DNA of 64,000 nucleotides from Orbicella franksi (Eukaryota): NCBI GenBank assembly GCA_964199315.1, contig OZ116698.1, positions 42,160,001 to 42,224,000 of the forward strand, read 5' to 3'. Shown piece by piece: positions 24,401 to 36,723 of this stretch (position 1 is its first letter; each line of letters starts with the position of its first letter). The notes under the pieces were generated by a model. It saw only the letters and a program-made list of their open reading frames with translations, ran no database searches and was not told where the DNA came from. The position numbers and the translations under genes were made by a program.

Positions 24401-27250
24401 TTCCAGATTTATCCTTGGAGATTCCAGCAGAATTTCAAATTAGAAAATCAAAGTCTAGAGACCCACAAGTTTGTCGACTTGAAGGTAAAAAACAAAATTA
24501 CTTGTAATAACTTTGATGAGAAATTTGCATTAATTAAGTATATAGCTCCCTCCATTGATTTGAAACAATCAGTGATTGCCGACTTAAAAATATTAGGGAA
24601 AATTTCAAAGCAGGGAAAAGAAAGGGAGATTCTAGGGAAGTCAGGAGTGTATGTTAGAGTTTCTCCAGGTTTTGATAATGAATTCCATTAATAATAATAC
24701 CATTGTGGTTGCAATGAAATTAATCAAAGCAATATTATTGTTAAGTGCCAACTGGCTACTTTTGGCTTTATCAGTCTTATGTCATCAATGAAAACAGTGA
24801 CAAGGAATTTCTGTTCCTTTCACAGCTGGCAAACATGGTTAATATCTAATTACTTCTTTTCTCCTTTTCTTTTGCAGATTGCTTGAATCATTTCATATCA
24901 CTAGAGGAACTAGCAGATTCTGAACTGTATATTTGTCCAAACTGTAAAAAAAGACAGAGATCTACGAAGAAGTTTTGGCTCAAACGATTACCGAATGTGA
25001 GACAACTTAATTTCTTTAAATCATATTATTTACTGCCTGTAATTTAGCTTCAGATTCTGTTGACTTACAGTTACAGACCTATAGTCAACCTTCTGTTAAC
25101 CTACAGTATTGTTATATGCCCTAGAAAATTAATTGACTATGTAGGTTGCTCTTTGCCCCCTACCAGCATTCTCATTCTTGTCTCTAGAGATGCCAGTTCC
25201 TCTTTGTAGGCAGAGCCTTGCCACAAAGAATAAAGGTGACTCTTGGTACATAGGATTTGATTCCAAGGCTATATTCTGGGACAAAGGAATCACTAATAAA
25301 TCCAGCACTGATTTCATTCCAGAGCTTATTCCCTGGTTGCTCTGCAGCACAATTTTTCAATAACAGCTCCTACAGACCTTAACAGATTTCAATGAATGGA
25401 ATTTTAAGCCAAAAAAAAATCTTCTTGTACTTGTTGTGTCATCATCCTATGCTTCAGCCCTCTCCAAAAAGGTAGAAAAGGAAAAAGAAAATAATTATTG
25501 CAGTTAATCCATGCAATAATATAAATATTTTCTTTTACAGGTGTTGTGTTTGCATCTCAAACGGTTCAAGTTCCAAGCATTCCATCGGAGTAAAGTTGAT
25601 ACATATGTTCAGTTTCCCATGAGGGGACTGGATATGAGTCCTTACTCTATACACAATCAGGTGAGAGCTGGGAAAAAAAAATAGTCTTACCAGACGACAA
25701 AGGGAGAGGGGGAACTTACCCTTGTTGGTAAAATCTCTGCTCAAGCCTAGTGGCCTATCAGACAGGGGAAGTACCTCCAATTTCCCTAGAATGACATGGC
25801 TATAAGTATTTCTTCTCCCCCTGGATGGGAAGCTAGTGCATTGCAAGGTTTTACCCAGCCTTCAGTTCACCAGTCCCTATTTATACGCCTTGGTGAAGTC
25901 AAGTAGTGTGAGTGTTACAGTCAAACCAAGTGAAGCGTATCCCTCAAGATTACATGAATTGATTATTTGAATATTGAACCCACTAGTCATTCCAAGAATA
26001 CTGCTAATGGGTTTAATGTTCAAAAAAAATAATTTAGTATTGATTTTTGAAATTACTAGTGAGTTCAATATTCGAATAATCAATTCATTATTGCATTCTT
26101 GAAACGATTAGTGGGTTCAATATTCAAATAATCAATTCATTAATGTAACCTTGAGGAGTACGCTTCACTTGGTTTGACTGTAAGTGGTTGTGTAAGAACG
26201 AAACACGACGTTGAATAGGGCTCAGTCTTGCTAGATCCTGAATCTAGCAGACTAATCATAAGCCTCCCCACCATCCCCCAGCTCAAATTGTATTGGACAC
26301 CATTTGTGATAATTGTGAAATCTAGCGGTGTAATTATGCATTTGTGGCATTATCCATTCTATAAAATTTTTAACACAGTAAATTGCTGATCATTTGCCAG
26401 CAACAATGACTCCTCTTCACCTGGCCACTTGGTAATCTATTGATATCGTGTAGAGAGTTAAGTTGTTGATCACCTTACATGCCTGTTGGTTCATACTCAC
26501 TGTTATCTTGTCACACCTTAACTCATGTTTGTCTTTTTTGTTAGGATGAGAACCCAAACCCAAAAGCATTTCTGTTTGATCTGGCTGCTGTTGTTGTTCA
26601 TCATGGCAGTGGGTAAGAATGAATTTGACTCTGATTAGATGTCACTTCAAAGTTCTCTTTTGCAAATAGAGGTGGTGTCGTGGAATTGAAAACAAGATGA
26701 AATATTTGACAGTGTACTGTCACTAAACTGACTCTATTGTGTTATTTGTTTGTTTGATTTGTAGAGTGAGTGCTGGTCACTACACAACATTTGCATTTCA
26801 TGAGGGTAAGGGCATTATTTTATATCAAAACTTGTTAGACTGTGAACACTTAAAAAATACATGTAAATATTGAGGCTTTTTGCAATACAACCTGAAAAGT
26901 TGAGATGAGCAAGGCAGTATGTCCCAGCCAATGAACAGGCTTATTGGTGGAGGATGAGCTGAAAGGGGTGTGACCAAAGTGAGCTGAGAGAAAACTGAGG
27001 GGGGGCTACCTTCCCCCCTATACCCTCCCCCCTCCTCGATTCGCTCAATGGTCTGTCTCTGTGACCTACCGCAATTTTTGAATGCATAATAATCATTACT
27101 GATATTGTTGTTTTAGGACTTTGGTATAATTTCAATGACAGCACTGTCACGCAATCAGACGAAGGTCACGTGAGTCGAAGCAAAGGCTACATTTTATTTT
27201 ACACACGCAGGCATCCCAACATGGCTATCCTGGACAAGATTAGAAAATAA
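18487..27250 (+). CDS. USP3: Ubiquitin carboxyl-terminal hydrolase 3 (ZnF-UBP + USP catalytic domain), 16 exons, 510 aa
   Basis: Exons: 18487-18580, 18698-18758, 18916-18999, 19127-19213, 19676-19811, 21663-21751, 22474-22587, 23232-23345, 23888-24029, 24160-24211, 24407-24484, 24878-24996, 25541-25660, 26545-26612, 26765-26805, 27117-27250(TAA); total 1533 nt, phase-consistent. N-term MECTHV; Zn[37 protein letters not shown]; Cys box [20 protein letters not shown]; [12 protein letters not shown]; LCLHLKRF; His box [15 protein letters not shown]; WYNFNDSTV; KGYILFY. Confidence 0.95.
20270..20580. repeat. Interspersed repeat (GGTTATCGACCAAG...GTAGCCAATCA family)
   Basis: Recognised from memory as a common coral repeat; a related fragment lies at about 17480-17645. 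ORF 20264-20620(-) is a by-product. Confidence 0.5.
20849..21293. mobile_element. piggyBac-like MITE
   Basis: TTAA on both flanks (20845-20848, 21294-21297); TIR CCCTTGGATGTA / TACGTCCGAGGG (10/12). Confidence 0.8.
25770..26265 (-). mobile_element. tRNA-derived SINE interrupted by a MITE
   Basis: Core CTCCCCCTGGATGGGAAGCTAGTGCATTGC..; the empty site GTGTGAGTGT-TA-AGTGGTTGTGTAAGAAC matches GTGAGAGTTAAGTGTCTTGTCTAAGAAC of the 2201-2493 copy. Confidence 0.7.
25918..26180. mobile_element. Foldback Tc1/mariner-type MITE with long TIRs
   Basis: TA TSD (25916-17, 26181-82); about 80-bp arms starting CAGTCAAACCAAGTGAAGCGTA / ending TACGCTTCACTTGGTTTGACTG. Confidence 0.85.
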
Positions 27251-28529
27251 ATTTATGTTCATCAATTCGTTACTCAGTAATTGACATAATTTGTATCTAA
27301 CACTCCTATAGTAAACCTGTTAAACTTTTGTTCTTGAGCTCGATGCGAAGTAATAGGGAGGAAGTTCTTTATTTTCAAAGAATTCCTTTCAATTTGATTC
27401 ATTATGAATGTCATTAACCTATCCGGAATTGATGCGAAGCCTTCGGGATGACTTACAAGTTCTTGTTCCATGTCTTAATTCTCAATAAGCACATACATGA
27501 CTTTGTCTGGATTTATTTAGGAGAATATTACTACTGATCGCACAAGGAAACACTTGCACCAGCTTTTTCTGCTCCATAAAACGTTTCTAAAAACGCTAAA
27601 GAGTTTCCCGTTGTCGCACGTTCTGCAGTTTATGTTAAAAGGATATTGAGTTAAAATGTCTTTGAGGTGATTCGTCAATTGGTAGCGTGCCCTCTTGCCC
27701 TCTCTTCCTGCAACACTCGAAAAGCAGGAATATCTCTTCAAAGTGCCTGTTATAAAAAAAATTGTTCATAAGGAACACTTAGAACTTCCTTGTATTCCCG
27801 CACGAAAAAAAAAAACAAGGCAATATAATGTGGTATTGCCCTAGTTTATCATAAATTTCTAAATGGTAAAATAACAATTAAATCTCTAACGGAAACAAAC
27901 TGACTACTACAAAGACGTTATATTTCTCAGAATTTATTTTTTAAAATCTTTGGTTATCTGTTTTCGCTATTTCTAATTCGGTCACATCAAGCTTGTAAGG
28001 CGGGTCTTTGTGGCGTAGAAATATATATTTCAACTCCGATGTAATCCAATTCGAGCTGTTTTTTCCAACCTAGTCTCGTAGAATTTGAGCACGGCAGTCG
28101 GTTCCATTCTCGAAACAACTCCCACAGTTTTCTTCACCACTTTTTTCTTTGACCTTTTTCGTAGTTTCCTTCGAAGCCTCTTTTCGTGTCGTCACGCAAT
28201 GCTTTCCCCCAAAACAGAAAAGTGGCGTGACAACTCTGCTATGCTTTTCTGGTATTGCTATTCTTCTAAATATGTAAGAAGGAACTATGAGGTCCAGTCG
28301 TTATTATTGTATATAGTCAAATAAAAATGTCTGAAGCACTGTAATTATAGTAAGACGAGATGTTTGTCCACAAGCTCAATGTAAATAACAATAAAGTGCA
28401 CTTTTCAAACTTGTTTAGTAAGGTGGAATTTACAAACTTGTTTTAAAACTTAAGCTGGGTTCCACAATATATTCAACAAATTTCTATCGAGCATAGATAT
28501 CGTGAGCAAGAAATCCTATCACCTCAGTA

Positions 28530-28707
28530 TAAATCTACTGGTCGTTTAAGCCTTAATGTAAATCCTCTTCATAGACACTTGGAAAACTCAAAGAAACGGC
28601 CGCCAGTTTGTTAGCAACTACATGTCTTGGCTACTCACTGTCTACAGGATAGTGAGTAGCGTAGCCAATCAGAGCGCGGCATTCGTGATAGAACGCCAGT
28701 AGATTTA
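28530..28707. mobile_element. Small inverted-repeat element with internal hairpin
   Basis: TAAATCTACTGG / CCAGTAGATTTA ends; internal GCTACTCACT..AGTGAGTAGC hairpin at 28630-28660. Confidence 0.55.
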
Positions 28708-28907
28708 AGCTAATATGCGATATTTACTATCTTGGTTGATCATTCGATGCATTTTTTTTCTTCCCTTTCATTGGCCGAGAGCCAACCACATGACCTGCAA
28801 ATAACCGCCTACAAATAATGGTCTGCTCATGCGTAATTGTAACCATGATTTCTGGTGAGAAATGGCAGATTGCTCCCCTGATAACTCGGTTATCGCAAAT
28901 TATAATT

Positions 28908-29215
28908 CATCAAATATTTTCGCTAGCTCGCGATTGGTCTAAACGCGTCACGTGACCGCATATTCCCCCAGCTAAAACCGGGGAATGTCCGAGGGTATTC
29001 CCCAATTCTCAAAACGGCGCGTGTTGCGAAAAATATTTGCAAGATAATAAACACAATAGCCTCCATTTTGCGCAAAAAATATGCACGAATATTTGTCCTT
29101 GGACATCATCTGTTCATCCGGAAAACTGTGAGCCTTGAGGAACAGATAATGTCCAAGAACAAATATCCGAGCATATTTTCGCGCCAAATGGAGACTATTG
29201 TTTATACATTGTTAT
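28908..29215. repeat. Interspersed repeat with about 70-bp internal palindrome
   Basis: Arms about 29048-29115 (ATAAACACAATAGCCTCCATTT..ATATTTGTCCTTGGACATCATCTGTTC) and about 29137-29206 (GAACAGATAATGTCCAAGAACAAATAT..AAATGGAGACTATTGTTTAT). Accounts for ORFs 28972-29187(-) and 29068-29259(+). Confidence 0.75.
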
Positions 29216-32200
29216 TATTTTGTCAGTGTCTCGCTGATCAATTATTTGCTCTCCACTGACAACCAAATGGTATGCAGGAAAATTCTTCGCGCCAGATTAG
29301 CAACTCCATAGGATGTGCGTATATTGTACGTGATTGGTCAAGAAAGCCATCTCTTTGTTTTGATTGGTTGGTCCACGTTCATGCAACATACGAAAATCTT
29401 CTTTTGTTGTTATTCTGGGTGCTGTTTTAATCCTTCACCTTAATTATTTTGTTTTGCCATTCCGTCGAGGTAAATTACTTGCAGAAAGTTAATCTTTTTT
29501 TGCAGGAAGTTGAAATTTAAGTTGGATTTCTTGAAGAGTGAAGAAACAGTGGAAACCCGTAGCTTTCAGCTGCTTGTCTCTTGTCATGACTGCTCTATCC
29601 GTGGAAAAAGACACAAAGAGGGTATTTCGCGTGAACAGGGGATTCAAACTCTAAAATGACGTCGACAGGGGACAGTCTGTTTCCATCGAAGACGAAAAAC
29701 GAAAAAAAAATAAATTGAGCGACATCCCCCTCTTCCCCCCCCCCCCCCTCCCCCACCTGGTTGGGATTATAGTCTGCTACAGGTCAGAGGTTAGCCCCCA
29801 GACTGTGACTCGGATCGGAGCGAGAAAAACGTCAACTGTCTCAACAGTGCTCAAAACTCAAGATCTGAGAGTGCAAGCCATGGGCACGCTGTCTCCGCTA
29901 TTTTCGACAATTATCAGCTATCAGTTGAAGGGCGGATTCAGCTATTGGTTAAAAACTGATGTCAATTTCAGCAATTTGTTAGTTTTCAGTTGCATTGACA
30001 GTCAAAATTTTGACTAGTTCTCAGACCCTCGAGGTCTCTCGCTCCACGAAAGTTTCCCGGCGTTCATCACTACCAGAGTCTTCCCGCCAAAATCTTGGCT
30101 GGCACAGCGCGCTCAGCTGAGGTCATGGAGCAGGTTTTAGAAAATTGAACAAGAAAATGTCAAAGACGAGAAAATAAATGCTCTCTCGAATTTGACTTTC
30201 AAAAGTTCAAAGCTTCGGAGAAACTTGATACTAGCGACAAAGAACTTTGAGCAGATGCCTACGGTGGAAATTTGCAAAACAGCGACCGAAACCCCAAGAA
30301 TGGCGAAGAAAACAGCATTGGACTGCAAGATCGTGTCACAGCTTCAAAACAGATATTTTGAAACAGGAATGCTGATAACTACACCATCAGGTCAGTGACT
30401 TGATATCGCCACATATCAGGACTGTAGGGACGGCTTATCATTGGCTCTATCGCAATTGGATAAGGTAATTTTTAAGCTTTAAGACCTTATTATTTTCAGC
30501 CGCGTACAAGTTTGCGGGACAAAAAAATCATAGTACAACGAATAGAAAATAAAACAACGCGACTGGACGCATTCTAGCACAGTAACAACCCTCAAATTTG
30601 GTTAATACAATCCTTTGTCTGGTATGGTAACTTTGCTATTCATAAATTTTTCAGAATTCAATTTTTAACTAAGAACATTATTTGCCATGGGATTCCCATA
30701 CAAAAACTATAATTGCTGGCGCGTGTTGCCTACTCGTCAAAATGGCTTCCAAAACTTTGTTCAGTTTTATTCTCAGCTATTTCTTTATTTATGTTAGTTC
30801 TGAAACTTTGACAGTACATCAGACAATACCTCCCTATATCTTGCCATCTTGGTTATTCAACGTTTTGTCAAATGGTCTGCGAAGTATTGTTAATCGACCT
30901 CAATGCCTTTTTCGACATGGAAGGGAGAGATAAGACAAAATTTATCCTTCACTAGACGGCATTTTATATTTTAAGTTTATCCTCGCACTGTGAAGGCAGA
31001 ATGAATATAGTTAATAAACGTTGTTAAACATTGCTTGATTCGGGAATGTTTTTATAGGTGATTAAGAATTGTCAAGAGGCAAATGTGAAAGAACTTCTGA
31101 CAAACAATTAAAGCAGAAAAACCAACAACAACGGGATTTTTTCAAAACTCCCTTACACTTTTTTAAGACGAGAGTGAAACATTCCCATGCAGTGAAGCAA
31201 AAAGATTAAGAATTTTAATATAGCAGTCCATTCGAGATGATTTTTAAATCATCCCGAAAAATGTATAGAGAAACGGTTCTATTCAAACGACAATTTCGCA
31301 GCACGGAAGAGAGCCAATTGTAAAGGGAAAAATACTGTTAACTGCCACACTCAATAAACATTTGAAAACATTCCTCTTAAACTCAAAGTTCCTGGCTCAA
31401 GTTGTTATTTTCAATATCGAATTGCAAAATCTCAGATGGGATTCATAGTTTTTATATTTTCCTGTTACCGTCGTTACCATATCAACTTTTATCTTTGCAT
31501 TCTGTGAGGTTCTAATACAAAAAAGCTAGAAATGACGTCCCCTAAAGACGTTCATTGTTTACTTGAATAAGACTTTCCCTTGTACTGCCTTTTTTCACAT
31601 TGCATGCTAAATTTACATAAATTTTTATTTCCCAGTTTTTGTTGCATCATCGCAGATGTCGGCTGTTTAACATAACCTGCAAAGAATTAATGAAAATTAA
31701 CGAGCGTTTTGCTTCCCTTGAAAAATGTTAACTGCCGAAAATTTAAGGATTTTATTTGACAATTTCGGTAACAAACCCCTGTTCTAATTACATCTTTGCG
31801 ATAATTGAAAACCCCCGATTCAGTAATTCTGCAATTTGTAAAAGATGGAAATAACCCTGAGATAAGCCATTGCAAACCGTTAGTAAGAATAAAATTTAAG
31901 GGAATATTTCCATCTCGTTGGACGCGCAGCTGAAATAAACGAATGATTTCCCCTAGATCACTATATTGTTTCCTACTTAGAATTCAAAACTTGACGGATT
32001 GTCCGATGTGTTTGTGGATTAATGGTGTTTTCTATAATATAGTCACCTGGTTTTAATTATGAATTCACTTCAGTCGACATTGTCGACCATAAAATATACA
32101 TGGCGACGTTTATCAATTATTTATCAATCCGTATATATTTATGTTTCCCCAAGTTCTCTCCGTTACCGAAAACAGAAGGTTTGGGAACTTAGCGGTTGTG

Positions 32201-35200
32201 TCAATTAACAGAAAGGACGAAAAAAAAATTCAGAGAAACCCGACTAGAAAAGCTGGTAGGTAAATGTTACTTTGCTTACGATAGAACCCTGAAATGGCTC
32301 CACTGAATCTAGAAATGATGTTTTTTTGTATCTACGTGCTCGTGTGAAAGAGATAGACCTTGTTGTCAAAGCCGGCAGAGGTAGATTACCAGCGATATAA
32401 AGATAGCATACCACGAAAGATATCAGTGTACCCATCAAGCTTGCTTTCGTGAAGTGGGAAGCTGAACAAACGAAAAAAAATTCATCATTATTTTCGCACA
32501 TGAATGACCCGCACTTGCAAGGAGAAGATTTCAGTTGTGTTAATATTTCCAAGCTTATTTTCCAACTTTGTGTCCTCGGTAAACTCAGAGATATTTTTTC
32601 GCGTATTTTTTTACCCGTCGGAAACTTAAGACCCGTTATGCTGTAGCCAAAAGCCCTAAGCTGAAACATTTTGCTGTTCGCCCGCTTCTATATCAATAAG
32701 ACGTTTATATCGTTGTGTAAATAATCTCCCTTTTGTCGCATTATTGAAAGTTTACAGCTTCTGCCATCCTGCTTAGATATGTCCACAATTCAGATATTTC
32801 AGGATCAAAGAAGTTCTTGCTTTTGGCCTGGAATTATAAAAATTGTACTTTAAATTAAACCAGAGCATTTCGAGAAGTTCGTTGTAGCGATCCTGACTTT
32901 GTCCGTGTAGTATTTTTTTCAATTTGCATTTTAGTTTTTTGGCGTTCTCAAGAAAATGCTGAATATCGATAAGAGATATTTCTGTCTCTGCCTTTTGTCG
33001 GTTAATACGCAAGATATGATACAGAATCATCGCTTTGATCTGCCGGGACATCCGCTGCATAATTCACCACTCACACCTTAAAGCGACGAAAAATAACTTT
33101 CTCTCAAAACTGACCTACTTTTGGTTCCGGTGACAAGAATTGGCAGTTTATCGTTTGAAAACAACTGCAGTGTTTCGCGGTATTATGCTCAGCTAAAGTA
33201 TCGTGCAGTTTAAGGGAACGATCTGGGAATAATTGTATTAAATACTGATGAGAAACAACACGCATGGGACGTAAAAGATTCCACGGTGTTTTTCATGATT
33301 TTTTTTTTGTTTCATGGGCTCCATGACTTTTCCGTTTAGCTAGTTTTTAATCAGTTAAGATATGCCACAATACCTCAAATAACCAATTTGAAGTCGTCAA
33401 ATATGCCTCAGTGAAACCCTACGTATTTGTTTTATTCCATTTTGAAGAGTGCCCTTCTAGCTCTTAGATCAGATAGAATCATATAATTTTCCTTTTAAGA
33501 AATATAAAAACCAGTCGACCTGCCCAATGAATAATCGTCAGTTTATTTCAGCTTTGGCCATGTATTACTAAAAAATTAAGATAACTGTAGTTCTAGCTGT
33601 TTATATTCGCTGTAGCTGCAAGCGAAAACTCAGTTAGGTAAAACAAATTCATTAAGATCTGTGATGGACAAGCTGGGATGCGATCGCAAACAAACTCAGT
33701 TCACCAACGCAAAGCGCTGCATGTTTCTCAAAACGTGATCCAAATATTTGTGCTCCCTTTTGTGCCTGGCTTGTAGTAAACTTCCAGAGCAGCTCTAGCT
33801 ACGAGATCAAGCAGCTATAATTTTAACTCCGCTTCGGCACTGATTACACGCCAAGTTATCTCTTAGTTGCGTGGTTACGTACCGCCGAAAAACCAATTCA
33901 CCAACAAAACTGAATTAACAAGCCTGTTGAAAATAATAAATTAAGCTGAAGAAAATGTTAAACGCTCGCTTATTAAACACGGTGGATTTCTAAAACTCTG
34001 TTGATGATGTCTTCTTACTCGTGGGAAATCCGTGATACAACACAGAGGTAGGGAGGCTTCTTTAACTTACAAAATTCATCATTTGGTGAATGAAAACGTT
34101 GTATCCGTGCCGGTGCTTCAGTTGGGAGCATGCGAACCTGTGAATTTATATAGGCGTGGCTCGTAATATTGTGCGATTCTTCTGAATTATGGTGCTTGAG
34201 TAAAATGTAAGCTGTCAACAGAAGCCTGTTTTTTTTTTTGTCAGGAGAAGACACATCTAATGATTCCGTAGAGTGTTTACCCACGCGAACGTGCCGGACA
34301 AATGCTGTCGAGTCAGACAGCAGGAAGACCTCGCAGGTGTAACGATAAATGACGAGAGAGAAACGTAATTTTGTCAGGCGAAGCTTTCAAGTTTCAGCCA
34401 AATAACGGAAAATAAATTTAGCATTGCACAACGTACGTGCATTTCTGTGGATGGTGAAGTTGTTCGCATCACGTTTGGTTTATCACGTTTTCCGAAGCAA
34501 GAAAATGTTCGGCATAATATCAACGAACCCTTTACACATTGATCAGCTAATTTGAGAGCCAAACATCAGTGGAACTAACATTTCGTCTGAGTAAGTGAAT
34601 CGCCATATTGTGAAATCCTCTGTCATAACTTCGACTTTAAAATGGCACTGAACCAAGGGCAGAATTTTCTGTCAGTGTAATAAGCTTCCGGTCAAATTAG
34701 CCGCTTCGTAGTAGGCAAAAAATTCAGTCCTAACCAGTCTTAAAATTCATTTTGTTGAAAGCCTCTTGTTTGGTTAGTTGGGAAATGATGTCTAGATTCT
34801 TAACTTTTCAGAGCACCGGTCGTTTAGACACTTTCAGAACTGTGAATTTTGTTAAAAAACAAATCCAGCGTCTTGTTCTGTGTGGAGTACAAATATTCCT
34901 ACACACTAGAACGAAAAAGCACTTAACAAATTCCGTACTTTGTTGCAAGGTTTGTATATTAAATGTTGACATTTCGTTAAATATTGTTTTGCGAGAGAAT
35001 TCAAAACAACAGTGGTGTGTTTCTTTTATAACTTGGCATTAAATTTCTAGCCAATTCCCAGACTCAATGCTTAAGTGCTAGTGTGAACACCATCTTTGTC
35101 TGTATTCATCGCAAATCAATTCAATTCGTCTTATTTTGACTTGTTTTCTCGTCTCAGTTTTTGAGGTACTATAGGGGTTTGCAAATTAAGATGAATACCT

Positions 35201-35994
35201 TTCGATTAGAGCCCGGTCTTGTTTATTTTATAACTTTGCAGCAGCTGGATTGAGAAAAAAAAAATGTCATAATAAAATGTATTCTTCTTTTCGAGAAAAA
35301 ACAGTGTATGGTTATAAAATTGAGTAGCGAATCATTCGGACGCAGTTTATATTCCACAAAACTTTGTTTCGTTAAATCCCGGGTCAGGAACAGGACAGCT
35401 GTTCGTGCTTAGGTTGTCATGGATACTGCGTTGTGCAATGTTTTTTTTTTTCCTAAATTAATTTCATTCTGGTGTTTCATTTAATAATTTGTTGATTCTT
35501 TACAAAGAACTGTTTATGGGACTAACTCCTGTGGTATAATTACTTGAACAAAGGAACAGCGTCTGGTAAGCCTTGTTTGCTCTTTGTGTTTCTCAACCTG
35601 CTGAAACTGCCATAAATTAAATTTACGGAGACAGCACCTGCTGGTCATGCATTAATCTCACACGGCTTCGAAAAAAGCAACTTTATATCAGCGTATTTTT
35701 CTAATCACTCATAGTTGCTATGTCATCACTCAAGTAATGAGTGTTTTCAAGATGACTTCAGTCTTATGCATCTTCTCAGTTCTGTAACTATACCTGTTCT
35801 TGAATATTGTGCATGAAAAAACCAATATTTATGTTGTCCAGGGAGGTTATGTGGATCTCCATGGCAAAGGCATCATCATGCAGACGCTTATGACGTAATT
35901 CGGGTGACATCAGGAGGATACATTTAGCTGGAATACCCCATTGAAATGTCCAACGTGCGTAATCACCTTACCTGTTGGGGGTTAGCTGTTCATC

Positions 35995-36290
35995 AAAAAT
36001 ATTCTGGTTTGTTCTCAAGCTTAGATGGGTCACCAGGCCTGTGTTTAACACCGGTTTCCATTGCAATAAGCGTTGATCAATTGTTACTCCCCTGGGGGAA
36101 TGCTTGTCTATCGCACTTACCACTCCCCCCTCCAGCATTTGCATCGGGGTTTATTAACAATTCGCTGTTAAGTATATTAACTTCTAGGTTGGGAGGGTTC
36201 TATCAGAGTGAAGTATCTTGCCAAAGAACACAACAAAAAAGACTTCCAGCGCACGAACGACAGATACCCCATCCAAAGACAGTTCCATTG
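35995..36290 (-). mobile_element. Degenerate SINE (2201-2493 family)
   Basis: TTACTCCCCTGGGGGAATGCTTGTCTATCGC..AGAGTGAAGTATCTTGCCAAAGAACACAAC. Confidence 0.55.
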
Positions 36291-36723
36291 TTAGCCAAAG
36301 TATTTGCGCTCTAGGTAAAGGAGCGTCAACAAAAGCAGCGTCACAACGTTATCGTGAATTACTAAACGGTATGGCAAAAATAACATTTACACCATATCCA
36401 TCAAATTGTGTTGCAAACGAACGTGACGAAGTGACGGAGACAGCATGCAATATCCTTAATGGCGGCCACATGCTACGGTGAAGCTCTTGTAATGTGAGCC
36501 ATTTGAACAATTATTACCTCTACCGGTATTCTTAACATTCGGATGAGACTGCTAAAGTAAAACAGAAAAGAAAATCGGATATTTTTCAAACAGCACACAA
36601 CCCTTGAGCGACGTCAGAAAATAGTATCTAATTCTTGAATTTGATTCTGAGGTAAAGAGAGACATTTCAGCCGCGCTGGCTATTAATGCTTTGTGAAAAT
36701 GGAATAGCTTTGTAATGAGAATA

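Noticed and set aside
24281-24691. 136-aa ORF overlapping a USP3 exon
   Set aside because: Out of frame with the USP3 exon 24407-24484 and mostly intronic; no known motif.
32244-32669. 141-aa ORF as a single-exon gene
   Set aside because: It runs through a poly-T acceptor tract and a donor; only the 32461-32390 piece looks exonic (reported as a finding).
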